From positions 19,247-83,246 of the forward strand of contig JBHIAV010000003.1 of NCBI GenBank assembly GCA_046758745.1: DNA of 64,000 nucleotides, given 5' to 3'. Under the pieces are notes generated by a model. It worked only from the letters and a program-made list of their open reading frames with translations, searched no databases and had not been told where the DNA came from. Made by a program: the position numbers and the translations under genes. Source of the stretch: Gemmatimonadota bacterium (GTDB taxonomy: Bacteria > Gemmatimonadota > Gemmatimonadetes > Palauibacterales > Palauibacteraceae). Positions 51,081-60,381 of this stretch are shown here, one piece after another; the stretch's first letter is position 1, and the number at the start of each line of letters is the position of its first letter.

Positions 51081-53974
51081 TGCGGAACGCCAGTTCCCGC
51101 CCTCCGATCGCCCGGGTCGGCGCGGCTCGCGCCCTCATCGCCGGTCTCGGGCGCTCGCTGAGCGCCACCGCCGGAGCCGTTCTCCTCTCCTTGGTCGCGT
51201 GCGGGGCGGCGGCGGCTCAGGAAGCGGCCGTGGCCGATCCCGTCGCGGCGCTCGACTCCCTGCTCCCGGTCGACCCCGACATCCTCACGGGCGTACTCGA
51301 CAACGGAGTTCGCTACTACGTCCGCCGCAACGTGCGTCCGGAGGCGCGCGCCGAGCTTCGGCTGGTGGTGAACGCGGGATCCGTGCTGGAGGACGAGGAC
51401 CAGCTGGGGCTCGCCCACTTCGTCGAGCACATGGCGTTCAACGGCACCGAGCGGTACCCGCGCCAGGCGCTGGTGAAATACCTGGAATCGATCGGCATGC
51501 GCTTCGGAGCGGACCTAAACGCGTTCACGAGCTTCGACGAGACGGTGTACATGCTCACCGTCCCGACCGACAGCGCCGGCCTCCTGGAGCGAGCGATCGA
51601 CATCCTGACCGAGTGGGCGGGTCGGCAGGCGTTCGATGCGGAGGAGATCGACCGGGAGCGCGGGGTGGTGATCGAGGAGTGGCGGCTCGGCCGCGGAGCC
51701 TTCGCCCGCATGCTCGACGAGCAGCTCCCCATCATCCTCAAGGATTCGCGCTACGCCGAACGGCTCCCGATCGGGAAGAAGGAGGTGCTGGAGGGCTTCG
51801 ACCACGCCACACTGCGGCGCTACTACGCCGACTGGTATCGGCCGGAGCTGATGGCGGTGGTGGCGGTGGGCGATTTCGATCCGGAACGGGTGGAGGCGGT
51901 CATCCGGGAGAGCTTCGCGGCACTGGAGCCGCGGCCCGACCCGCGAGCGCGCGAGCTGTTCGAGGTACCGGATCACGCGGAGCCCCTCTTCGCCATCGCC
52001 ACCGACCCGGAGGCCCCCACCACGAGCGTGTCGGTCTATTACAAGCAGCCGATGCGAATCATGCGGACGGTCGGCGACTACCGGAGAAGCCTCGTCGAGG
52101 ATCTGTTCAACGGGATGCTGAACCGACGTCTCGAGGAGATCGTCCGCCGGCAGGACCCGCCCTTTCTCACAGCGTCGTCCGGCCAGGGACGCCTGGTCCG
52201 CTCGAAGGAGGTGTACGCTCTCGGCGCGGCGGTCGAGGAGGGTGGGGTCGCCCGCGGGCTGGCCGCCCTCCTCGCGGAGGCGGAGCGAGTGGACCGGCAC
52301 GGCTTCACGGCCTCGGAGTTCGAGCGGGCCAAGCGGAACCTCATCCGCTCCTGGGAGCGCGCCTACGCGGAACGGGAGAAGATGAACTCCACTGTCTTCG
52401 CCTCGGAGTTCGTCCGGGCCTACCTGGAGGAGGAGCCCGTGCCGGGGATCGCGTACGAGTTCCAGCTGGTGAAGCGGCTCATACCCGGCATCGTTCTGGA
52501 TGAGGTGAACCGCCTCGCCCGCGAGTGGATCACGAGAGAGAATCGGGTCGTCGTGGTGAGCGCCCCCGAGAAGGCGGAGAGCCCGGTCCCCTCCGAAGCG
52601 GAGCTCGCGGACATGTTCGACTCGGTGGCAGACGCCGCGATCGAGCCGTACGTGGACGAGGTGACCGATCTCCCTCTGGTGGCGGCCGCCCCGCCGCCCG
52701 CCAGGATCGCCGAGGAGCGAAGCATCGAGGAGATCGGAGTCACCGAGTGGCGGCTCTCCAACGGCGTGCGGATCTTCCTGAAGCCCACCGACTTCAAGGA
52801 CGATCAGATCCTCTTCCGGGCGTACAGCCCTGGGGGGAGCTCGCTCGCCCCCGACGAGGAGTACGTGCCGGCCTCCACCGCGGCCACCGTGATCGCCCAG
52901 GGCGGCGTTGGTGAGTTCGATCGGGTGGCGCTCGAGAAGAAGCTGACGGGCAAAGCGGTCCAGGTCAGGCCGATCATCGGTGAGCTACGGGAGGGCCTCT
53001 CCGGAAGCGCCTCTCCGCAGGACATCGAGAGCCTTTTCCAGCTGGTATACCTCTACTTCACCGCTCCGCGCGCCGACACGGCGGCCTTCACCTCCTTCCG
53101 CCAGAGGGTCCGCGCCTTTGTCGAGAATCGGGGGGCGAGCCCGGAGGCGGTCTTCCAGGACACCGTCACGGTGACGCTGGCCCAGCATCATCTGCGTGCG
53201 AGGCCGCTGACCCCGGAGCTGGTCGATGAGATGGATCTCGGGGAGTCGTTCAACTTCTACCTCGACCGCTTCGCGGACGCCTCCGACTTCACCTTCGTGT
53301 TCGCCGGCAGCTTCGACCCCGACTCGCTCCGGCCGCTCGTGCGAACGTACCTCGGCGGCCTCCCCTCCGCGGCGCGAGAAGAGAGATGGCGCGACGTCGG
53401 GATCGACCCGCCGGTCGGCGTGGTGAAGAAGACCGTGCGCAAGGGGCTCGAACCCAAGAGCCAGACGGTCATCGTCTTCACGGGCCCGTTTGAGTTCTCG
53501 CGAGAGAGCGCGTTCGCGCTTGGGGCGATGGCCGAAGCGCTCGACATCGTGCTCCGCGAGACGCTCCGCGAGCAGCTCGGGGGAACGTACGGCGTGCAAG
53601 TCGGGGCCTCGGCTACGGGTGAGCCGAAGCCCCGATACTCCCTCCGGATCGCCTACGGTGCCGATCCGCAGCGTCTTGCCGCGCTCGCCGAGGTGGCGTT
53701 CGAGCAGATCGCTCGCATGGCGGAGCGCGGTCCGCCGGAAGACGTGCTGGGACGCGTGAAGGAGCAGCTGCGACGGGGGCGGGAGACGGCGGAGCGGACG
53801 AACGGGTTCTGGGTCTCACAGATCGGGAATTACGACCGGAACGGGTGGGATCTCGGCTCGATCACGGCGTACGGGGATCTCGTCGACGCTCTCACCGTCG
53901 AGAGAGTGGCCGAGATGGCTCGCCTCCTGCGACCCGACAACTACGTGCAGGTTTCTCTATACCCGGAGGAATGA
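51080..53974 (+). CDS. M16 family zinc protease (PqqL-like)
   Basis: GLAHFVEHMAFNGT, NAFTSFDETVY, duplicated LSNG half; TGATG coupling to msrB. Confidence 0.94.
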   Translation: MRNASSRPPIARVGAARALIAGLGRSLSATAGAVLLSLVACGAAAAQEAAVADPVAALDSLLPVDPDILTGVLDNGVRYYVRRNVRPEARAELRLVVNAGSVLEDEDQLGLAHFVEHMAFNGTERYPRQALVKYLESIGMRFGADLNAFTSFDETVYMLTVPTDSAGLLERAIDILTEWAGRQAFDAEEIDRERGVVIEEWRLGRGAFARMLDEQLPIILKDSRYAERLPIGKKEVLEGFDHATLRRYYADWYRPELMAVVAVGDFDPERVEAVIRESFAALEPRPDPRARELFEVPDHAEPLFAIATDPEAPTTSVSVYYKQPMRIMRTVGDYRRSLVEDLFNGMLNRRLEEIVRRQDPPFLTASSGQGRLVRSKEVYALGAAVEEGGVARGLAALLAEAERVDRHGFTASEFERAKRNLIRSWERAYAEREKMNSTVFASEFVRAYLEEEPVPGIAYEFQLVKRLIPGIVLDEVNRLAREWITRENRVVVVSAPEKAESPVPSEAELADMFDSVADAAIEPYVDEVTDLPLVAAAPPPARIAEERSIEEIGVTEWRLSNGVRIFLKPTDFKDDQILFRAYSPGGSSLAPDEEYVPASTAATVIAQGGVGEFDRVALEKKLTGKAVQVRPIIGELREGLSGSASPQDIESLFQLVYLYFTAPRADTAAFTSFRQRVRAFVENRGASPEAVFQDTVTVTLAQHHLRARPLTPELVDEMDLGESFNFYLDRFADASDFTFVFAGSFDPDSLRPLVRTYLGGLPSAAREERWRDVGIDPPVGVVKKTVRKGLEPKSQTVIVFTGPFEFSRESAFALGAMAEALDIVLRETLREQLGGTYGVQVGASATGEPKPRYSLRIAYGADPQRLAALAEVAFEQIARMAERGPPEDVLGRVKEQLRRGRETAERTNGFWVSQIGNYDRNGWDLGSITAYGDLVDALTVERVAEMARLLRPDNYVQVSLYPEE

Positions 53975-54342
53975 TGTCTCCCGACATCTACAAGTTCGTC
54001 CACATCCTCGGCATCCTTCTCGCCTTCACGGCGCTCGGCGCGGTGAGCCTCCACGCCCTCAACGGTGGGAGCAGGGAGTCGAACCGATCCAGGAAGCTGG
54101 TAGCCTTCACCTTCGGGACGGGCATGCTCCTGCTCCTGGTCGGCGGTTTCGGGCAGCTGGCAAAGCTCGGCATGGGCGGCGGGCTGCCGGGGTGGGCGTG
54201 GGGAAAGCTCGCCATCTGGCTCGCCCTCGGCGCCCTCCTCATCCTTCCCTACCACCGCCCGGATCTCGCGAGACTCACCTGGTTCGGGGCTCCCGCGCTC
54301 GGGGCTCTGGCCGCGTACCTCGCCCTAGACAAGCCGTTCTGA
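53971..54342 (+). CDS. Small 4-TM membrane protein (SirB2/DUF2269-like)
   Basis: YKFVHILG, LVGGFG, W..GKL.IW; ATGA overlap with the protease stop. Confidence 0.75.
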   Translation: MMSPDIYKFVHILGILLAFTALGAVSLHALNGGSRESNRSRKLVAFTFGTGMLLLLVGGFGQLAKLGMGGGLPGWAWGKLAIWLALGALLILPYHRPDLARLTWFGAPALGALAAYLALDKPF

Positions 54343-54396
54343 GGGAGCCGTGATCACGCGGCGGTCCACCAGCCTCCACGCGCCGGCGGGGCGGCC

Positions 54397-54561
54397 GTGA
54401 CCCCGAAGCGGCTCACGGGAATCTTCCTGTATCCGTTGAAGTCCGCAGCCGGCATCGCGGTGGACGCGTGGCCGGTGGACGAGTTCGGCCTGCGGGGAGA
54501 TCGCCGGAGCGGGAAGGAGGCCGCCTCGCAACCGAGCCGACGCCGGAACCGGGAAGCATGA
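54397..54561 (+). pseudogene. Truncated MOSC N-terminal (YcbX-like) remnant
   Basis: Hand translation gives LTGIFLYPLKSAAG...GLRGDRR, then loses similarity and stops at 54 aa. Confidence 0.75.
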
Positions 54562-55160
54562 GCTGGATCCGGAGCATCACGTACGGGGAGGCCACCGGGC
54601 GCCTCCGAAAGCTGTACGACCGGATCGGCGGCCCCGGGTCCATCGACAACATCCTGAAGGTGCACGGGCTCCGGCCACACACGCTCGAGGGGCACATGGC
54701 CCTGTACAAGAGCGTCCTGCACCACTCCGGAAACCGGCTCCCGCCATGGCTGCTCGAAGCCGTCGCGGTCTACGTGAGTCTCCTCAACCGCTGCGACTAC
54801 TGCGTGGAACACCACTCGGCCGGTCTCCGACGGCTGCTGGGGGATGACCGCCGGACCGAGTCTATCCTCGCGGCTCTGCGGGAGAGAGAGCCGGAGCGAG
54901 TCCTCGAGGGGGTCGAGCTCGCCGCCCTTTGCTATGCCGAGGCGCTGACGCGCGATCCCGGCGCGCTCCGGGAGTCCGACCTCGAGGCGATGCGGGCGGT
55001 GGGGATGGACGACGGGATGATCCTCGAGGTGAACCAGGTCGCCAGCTATTTGGCCTACGCGAACCGCACCGTCCTGGGGCTGGGAGTCACCACGCGCGGC
55101 GACACGCTTGGCCTGGCGCCGCGCAGGGCGGACGACCCCGAAGACTGGCGGCACGGCTGA
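54558..55160 (+). CDS. AhpD/CMD-like peroxidase-related protein
   Basis: DNILKVH, NRCDYCVEHH CxxC motif, AYANRTVLGLG. Confidence 0.9.
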   Translation: MSWIRSITYGEATGRLRKLYDRIGGPGSIDNILKVHGLRPHTLEGHMALYKSVLHHSGNRLPPWLLEAVAVYVSLLNRCDYCVEHHSAGLRRLLGDDRRTESILAALREREPERVLEGVELAALCYAEALTRDPGALRESDLEAMRAVGMDDGMILEVNQVASYLAYANRTVLGLGVTTRGDTLGLAPRRADDPEDWRHG

Positions 55161-55194
55161 GGGGGCGCGTCGGCGCTCTCGGCCGCGGTCCGGC

Positions 55195-55968
55195 TCAGGC
55201 GCACGCCGGCGACGGCAGCTTGACCGGCCGCAGCATGTAGTTGCGATCCTCCAGGATCGCGCCGGTCGCCTCGAAATATTCTTCCCAGAAGTCCTTCACG
55301 CGCTGCGCGGCCTCCGTGTCGACGCGCGCGCCCACCACCACGATGCACAGCCCGGTGAGGTCGGGCAGCGTGCCCCCCGCCTTCTCGGTCGCCACCCAGT
55401 CGGGAGGTGGCATCTTCCGGAGCCCCTCCATGTCGATGGTGCGGTTCGATTGGAGCATGTCGGAGAAGATGTACAGCGTGGCTTCTCGGTTCGGCCACGC
55501 TCGAAGCTCGGCCGCCACGTCGTGCAGTGTCGAGAGGATGTCGGTACCGTCGATGTGTTCCCTGTTCGCGGTATCGGTGAACGCCACCAGATAGTCCTGC
55601 GCATCCTTGAGGAAGCGCGCTCGGGTGATCGAGTCGCGGGCGAGCTCGAGTTGCTGCCACTGACGACGCGGCACGCTCTGGGCCCAGCGCTTCGGGGGCT
55701 CCTCGAGCGAGAGCTGAAGGAGCTGGAGGGCGGCGATCCGATCGTTGTGGGTGAGCTGGCCGATGCGCTCGTTCGTCAACTCCCGCGCCAGATCCAGCTG
55801 GTAGTCGTCGATGCTGGTAGAGCGGTCGTAGACGAAGATGACCAGCTCGGGCGGGCCCTCGGCGATCTCCGCTCCTCCCGCGGCGGATCCCTCCTGCGTG
55901 CAACCGGCGGCCAGCGGGGCCAGTGCAGCCACGCCGGCGATCCGGAGACGGAGCCCTCGGCGTCTCAC
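55195..55968 (-). CDS. Lipoprotein with VWA/MIDAS-like domain
   Basis: LAAGC lipobox; DRSTS (DxSxS), GTDI, FSDM. Confidence 0.78.
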   Translation of the reverse strand: MRRRGLRLRIAGVAALAPLAAGCTQEGSAAGGAEIAEGPPELVIFVYDRSTSIDDYQLDLARELTNERIGQLTHNDRIAALQLLQLSLEEPPKRWAQSVPRRQWQQLELARDSITRARFLKDAQDYLVAFTDTANREHIDGTDILSTLHDVAAELRAWPNREATLYIFSDMLQSNRTIDMEGLRKMPPPDWVATEKAGGTLPDLTGLCIVVVGARVDTEAAQRVKDFWEEYFEATGAILEDRNYMLRPVKLPSPACA

Positions 55969-57776
55969 CAGACGGTCGCCTCCTTGATGAAGCGGGTGCG
56001 GATCGCCTCGAAGCGCTCTTCCAGCCTGTGTCGCTCCGCCTCGTACTCCTCCGGATCACGCATCAACAGGGTGCGCGTCTCCTCCTCGGCGGCCTTGAGC
56101 TCCAGCTGAACGGGCTCCGCGAACGCCGGAATGGCACGGGGGTCCAGGCCCCGTGCCCGGCCGTTCTCCGCCCGAAACGTGGCGATCGCGGCCTCCAGCT
56201 CGTGCACCAGGGCCGGCCATTGCTTGAGCGGCCTCTCGGCCAGGAGGTTCTTGAGGTCGCGCGTGTGGTGCACGATCTCTGCCAGGAGTTCGGCGACCGC
56301 TCCGGCGGCTGCATCCCCGAGCTCGATGAGAGTCCGCCGTTCCCGCTCGAGCGGTCCTTCGTTGAACCGCTCGCGCCGCCGATCCCGCTGGTGGAAGTAG
56401 GAAGCCGAGATGGCGACGAGCACCAGCGTGGTGTTGAGGAGCAGGATGGGAAAGCTGAGCCCGCTCATCGACGCCGCGTACTCACGCTGTTCCGTAGCCA
56501 GGGCCTCCAAGTCGTCGGCTCGGTTGGCCTGCTCGTTTGCGGCCACCAGGTTGCCCTCCACGCGGAGCCAGCTCGCCGTCCTGCGGAGCTCCTCGATGAC
56601 GGCGCTGTCCTGCTCGAAGCGGTTTTCCGCCACCTGGCCGAGCGTGACCCGCGCCTCGAACAGAACTCCGATGACCAGGGCCAGGCCGAGACCCGCAATG
56701 CCCATCGGCACGACGTGCTCGCGCGTCGAGCGCGGCGACACGGTCTCGCTTTCCCTCCCGGATCCTGTCTGGACCAGATAGGATCGCAGAGACTGCCCGA
56801 AGAAATGAGCGAGGACGCACAGGAACGTGACGACGCCGGCGGCGAGAAGGGCAGCGTCCGGGCGCAGTATGAACTGGGACACGACGCGAGCCGCCCCCGC
56901 CAGCCATCCCTCGCTCGTCTCGGCCACCAACCTGAGCTGTCGTTCCGTCAGGGGGTCGCGGGGAAGCAGGGCGCCGAACACCGGGGCGTTGGCCAGAAAC
57001 TCCACCAGCCCAAGGAAGCCGATCGCCAGGGCATACCACCGTGTCCTGAAGCCTCGCTCCTCCTCGACCTCCGGCTTTTCGTCCGCTATTTCCTCGGCGA
57101 TCAGCTCCTTCCGCGTCTCCCAACGTGCCTTCAGACGAAAGAGCTCATTCGTCGTTCGCTCGAACCGGTCGATTCCGAGACCCACGCGTCCCAGCTTCTC
57201 GGCCGTCGCCCGCTCGGTGCGGGCGACGAGCGAGTTGAGGCGATCCCGCTCCCGCGCCTGCCAGCCCTCGAAGAGGGCGGAGCACCGGTCACGCAGTTCC
57301 TGCTCGGACTCGGAGCGGCCGGACACGTCGGCGCTCGGCAGGCCGGCGTCGGCATCCCGACGCGCCGTCTCGACCGCCTCGAGTCGGAGGCGGTGCAGCG
57401 CGACCGCGATGTCGTCCGCGAAGGTGGGCTTCGGTTCCTTTCGAGACGCTCCGGCGCGCTTCTCCTCGGAGGCCCGTTCCGGCTCCGAGAGGACGGTCGC
57501 GACCTCGGAAGCGGCCAGGGCGACCGCGGCCGGCCTAGTCGGGGCCGCTACCCGCCCCTGACCCGTCGGCTCGCCACCCTCGTGGGCCGCGCGCTCCACG
57601 ACCTCCGACCAGCTCGAGGGGTCGGCGGGGGCCGACTCGTGCGAGGAACCCGGCTCGGGGATGCGATCGAGCCAGGACGGAATCTCTCTCTCTTCCCGGG
57701 CGCCCCGGCGCTCTCGCTCGCTGGCTCTCATCCTCTTGCCATCTCGACGGTCACTCCTCGTCCAATCGCGTCCCAT
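55965..57776 (-). CDS. 603-aa coiled-coil membrane protein with four TM segments
   Basis: Glu/Arg/Ala-rich helical stretches plus four hydrophobic segments; ggagagg SD; overlaps the VWA gene start. Confidence 0.8.
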   Translation of the reverse strand: MGRDWTRSDRRDGKRMRASERERRGAREEREIPSWLDRIPEPGSSHESAPADPSSWSEVVERAAHEGGEPTGQGRVAAPTRPAAVALAASEVATVLSEPERASEEKRAGASRKEPKPTFADDIAVALHRLRLEAVETARRDADAGLPSADVSGRSESEQELRDRCSALFEGWQARERDRLNSLVARTERATAEKLGRVGLGIDRFERTTNELFRLKARWETRKELIAEEIADEKPEVEEERGFRTRWYALAIGFLGLVEFLANAPVFGALLPRDPLTERQLRLVAETSEGWLAGAARVVSQFILRPDAALLAAGVVTFLCVLAHFFGQSLRSYLVQTGSGRESETVSPRSTREHVVPMGIAGLGLALVIGVLFEARVTLGQVAENRFEQDSAVIEELRRTASWLRVEGNLVAANEQANRADDLEALATEQREYAASMSGLSFPILLLNTTLVLVAISASYFHQRDRRRERFNEGPLERERRTLIELGDAAAGAVAELLAEIVHHTRDLKNLLAERPLKQWPALVHELEAAIATFRAENGRARGLDPRAIPAFAEPVQLELKAAEEETRTLLMRDPEEYEAERHRLEERFEAIRTRFIKEATVW

Positions 57777-58159
57777 GAAGCCTCTCCGCCTCGTTCGTCG
57801 CTCTCCTGGCGCGGTCGCGAAACCGCTGGAGGGCGCGGGGTCTTCGCATCAGGGCCACGGTCGGACCCTGCCGTGGTCAGCCGGAGAAACGACCGTTGGC
57901 AAGAAGGCTGCCAGACACGGCTCCCGGCGGGGACTCCTGCCACCGCCATGTAGCGCTGGGACTTAAGTTGAGTTTTTCCGGAGGCGCCGTACGGCATTCG
58001 TGGGAAAAGTTTTCCGAGCGACGAGCCAGGTAGCCTGCCCGCAATCGCCGATACGAGACCGCCGGTAAGGGTAACCAGCGAAACGTGCGGGGAGATCACC
58101 CCCCTGAGGGGATGCCCGCTCCCCGCATCGCCGACATGGAGCGTGGCGCCACTCGGGGC

Positions 58160-58384
58160 TCAGCAGAGCCGCTCGCGGTGAATCTCGCGCGCCATCGCCT
58201 GGGCCGCTTCGGCCAGGGCCTTCTCGACCCGAAGCAGGGCGTGCTGCAGTATTCGGTCGACCTCCGCCTCGTTCTTCCGCGACATCGCCAGCCGCTCGGC
58301 CGACACCACGATCTCGTCGACCCTGGCCCGTACGTCGTTCTTGATGGCGTGGAGCAGAGCCTCGGTGGTCGGGCTGTACCCCAT
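58160..58384 (-). CDS. Small helical hypothetical protein (74 aa)
   Basis: ggagg SD before ATG 58384; amphipathic helix pattern. Confidence 0.7.
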   Translation of the reverse strand: MGYSPTTEALLHAIKNDVRARVDEIVVSAERLAMSRKNEAEVDRILQHALLRVEKALAEAAQAMAREIHRERLC

Positions 58385-58440
58385 GTTTTCCTCCCGCGCA
58401 GCCGGGGCTTCAGGCCTCGGCCGTCCTGCACGCGCTCGAT

Positions 58441-58602
58441 TTATGTCCGTTTGTTCACGATCCGGCGCACCACCCACAGCCACAGGGCGAGCGAGGCCGC
58501 CACGAACACCAGCAGCTCGTGGGAGGCCAGGAAGTCGACCAGCATCTCCCAGGCCCGCTGCCACAGCGGAGTCGGATGCGTCGGATCGCTCTGGTACAGC
58601 AT
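58441..58602 (-). CDS. Small single-TM protein (53 aa)
   Basis: Purine-rich run before ATG 58602; TM LLVFVAASLALWLWVV followed by RR. Confidence 0.55.
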   Translation of the reverse strand: MLYQSDPTHPTPLWQRAWEMLVDFLASHELLVFVAASLALWLWVVRRIVNKRT

Positions 58603-59134
58603 TCTCTCTCTCTCGGGGTCCGGGAGAGTGGTCGGTGCGGTACCGCCGCTCAGACCGATGGAGGCATCCCGGAGCGGGTGCACGCCGCCCGGGTGCCCCG
58701 GGTCCTTCGAGCGCCTCAGGAGGGCAAGGCCATGGCCAGGGGGGCGGGCTGTGTGCTTCCCTATTTATTTTATTACTCTGCTTGCCGTTACGTCATTTAT
58801 CGGTCCCTGCTGTGGCGCCCGCGCCGCACCCTCCTGTGGACCGACCATGGCAAAAAGCGCGGCCCGGTTGCAGAACGGGACCGCGCATGGTGCGGCGCGT
58901 CGACCATCCGATTCCGGGGCGAGGAGCGCGGCGGCATCCCGCGCGGATGGACCGAGCGACGTTGAGGGGCCGTTGACGCCCGTCACGCACCGTCCCCCCG
59001 TGGGCCGAGGACGGAGAGAGGCGGCGTCCGCCGGCTCCGCCGTCGCACGGGTCGGGAGGCCGGGAGGAAGTGGAGTGAGGGAAAGAGCGGGTGCGAAGCG
59101 GCGGACGGTGCGAGGGAGGGATGCGGCTGTCGAT

Positions 59135-60247
59135 GTGCCGCCACCGTCGCGAGATCGGGAGTCGCACGCCTGCGCGTGCGGGCGAGCGAGAGGCGTACCC
59201 CGCGGCTTCGCCCTCCCGACGACGCTCCTCGCCCTCATCGGCTTGACCGCCCTGGCCACGGCCGGTTTCCTGGTGTCCGCGTTCGAGCGCCGCATCAGCG
59301 AGGCGCATGCGACGAGCGTGAACGCCTTTCAGGCGGCCCGGGCGGGGCTCGAGACTTTCCTCGGGGAGGAAGGGGAGCCCGAAGGGACGACGCGCACCTT
59401 CTCGTTCCCGGATGGATCGGCAGTGGTCACCGGAACCCGACTCCTGACCGTCGACAGCGGTCGGGTCCTCCTCTTGGTCGCTTCCGACGGCTCGGCCGGT
59501 CCCTCGGCGCGGAGGGGGGCCCGTCGCTACGTGCGACTCGTCGCCCTGCTGCGCGATCGCTACCTGCGCCCGCCGGCCGCCCTCGCTTCGGCCGTCGGAA
59601 TCACCGTGCCGGGAACTCCCGATGAGATCTCGGGCTTCGACGCCGCGGCACCAGGCGAATGCCCGGCGGCGCCGGCTCCCGCCACCGCGGGGATCGCGGT
59701 TCCAACAGGGGGCTACGAGAACCCCGGGGCCTCCACGGCCGCCGTCGGCTCCCCCGACATCCAGGAGGCGGGAAGCGCGATCGAGCTCTTCGCCGGAACG
59801 GGGCTCGACTGGCCGGCCCTCGCGCCTCTGCTTGCCTCCGAGGCCGAGGTCACCGTCATGGAGAACGAATGGCCGGATTTCTCGCTCGTCGGGCCGGGCC
59901 GGTGGCCCCTGATCGCCATACCAGCGAAGGAACTTTCGCTCGGGCCCGCGCACAGCGGCAACGGGACGATCGTCGCCCTCGGCGATCTCACGCTCGAGAG
60001 CGGGTTCGAGTGGAGGGGCGTGATCCTGGTCGGCGGGCGGCTCTCCCTCGAGGGACCTGTCGTCCTCGAGGGAACGGCGGCCGGTGGGCTGAACGCTCTA
60101 GGCGGCGAGGTCACCGAACAGACGTGGATCGTCGGCGCGGGCGCCGTGATCCGCTATCAGTCCTGTGCCGTCGCGGCGGCTCTCGACGGCTGGCCGTTCG
60201 GCCTGGCCGAGGTGCCAGGCAGTCGGTACGAGTCATTCGGACCGTGA
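59135..60247 (+). CDS. PilX-like type IV minor pilin/assembly protein
   Basis: Prepilin-like RG|FALPTTLLALIGL, AFQAARAGLE, F.WRGVILVGG; start uncertain. Confidence 0.75.
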   Translation: MPPPSRDRESHACACGRARGVPRGFALPTTLLALIGLTALATAGFLVSAFERRISEAHATSVNAFQAARAGLETFLGEEGEPEGTTRTFSFPDGSAVVTGTRLLTVDSGRVLLLVASDGSAGPSARRGARRYVRLVALLRDRYLRPPAALASAVGITVPGTPDEISGFDAAAPGECPAAPAPATAGIAVPTGGYENPGASTAAVGSPDIQEAGSAIELFAGTGLDWPALAPLLASEAEVTVMENEWPDFSLVGPGRWPLIAIPAKELSLGPAHSGNGTIVALGDLTLESGFEWRGVILVGGRLSLEGPVVLEGTAAGGLNALGGEVTEQTWIVGAGAVIRYQSCAVAAALDGWPFGLAEVPGSRYESFGP

Positions 60248-60381
60248 CCGAACGCCTCCCGGCGACCGGCCCGCCGATGTCACGGCTCGTCCCGCGCGTG
60301 GTGCCTGCGGCGAGCTCGGATCCTCCCGACCGGTCGCACGTGACGGAACCCCGCCTTCGCGAGCTCCACACGATCCGCCGG

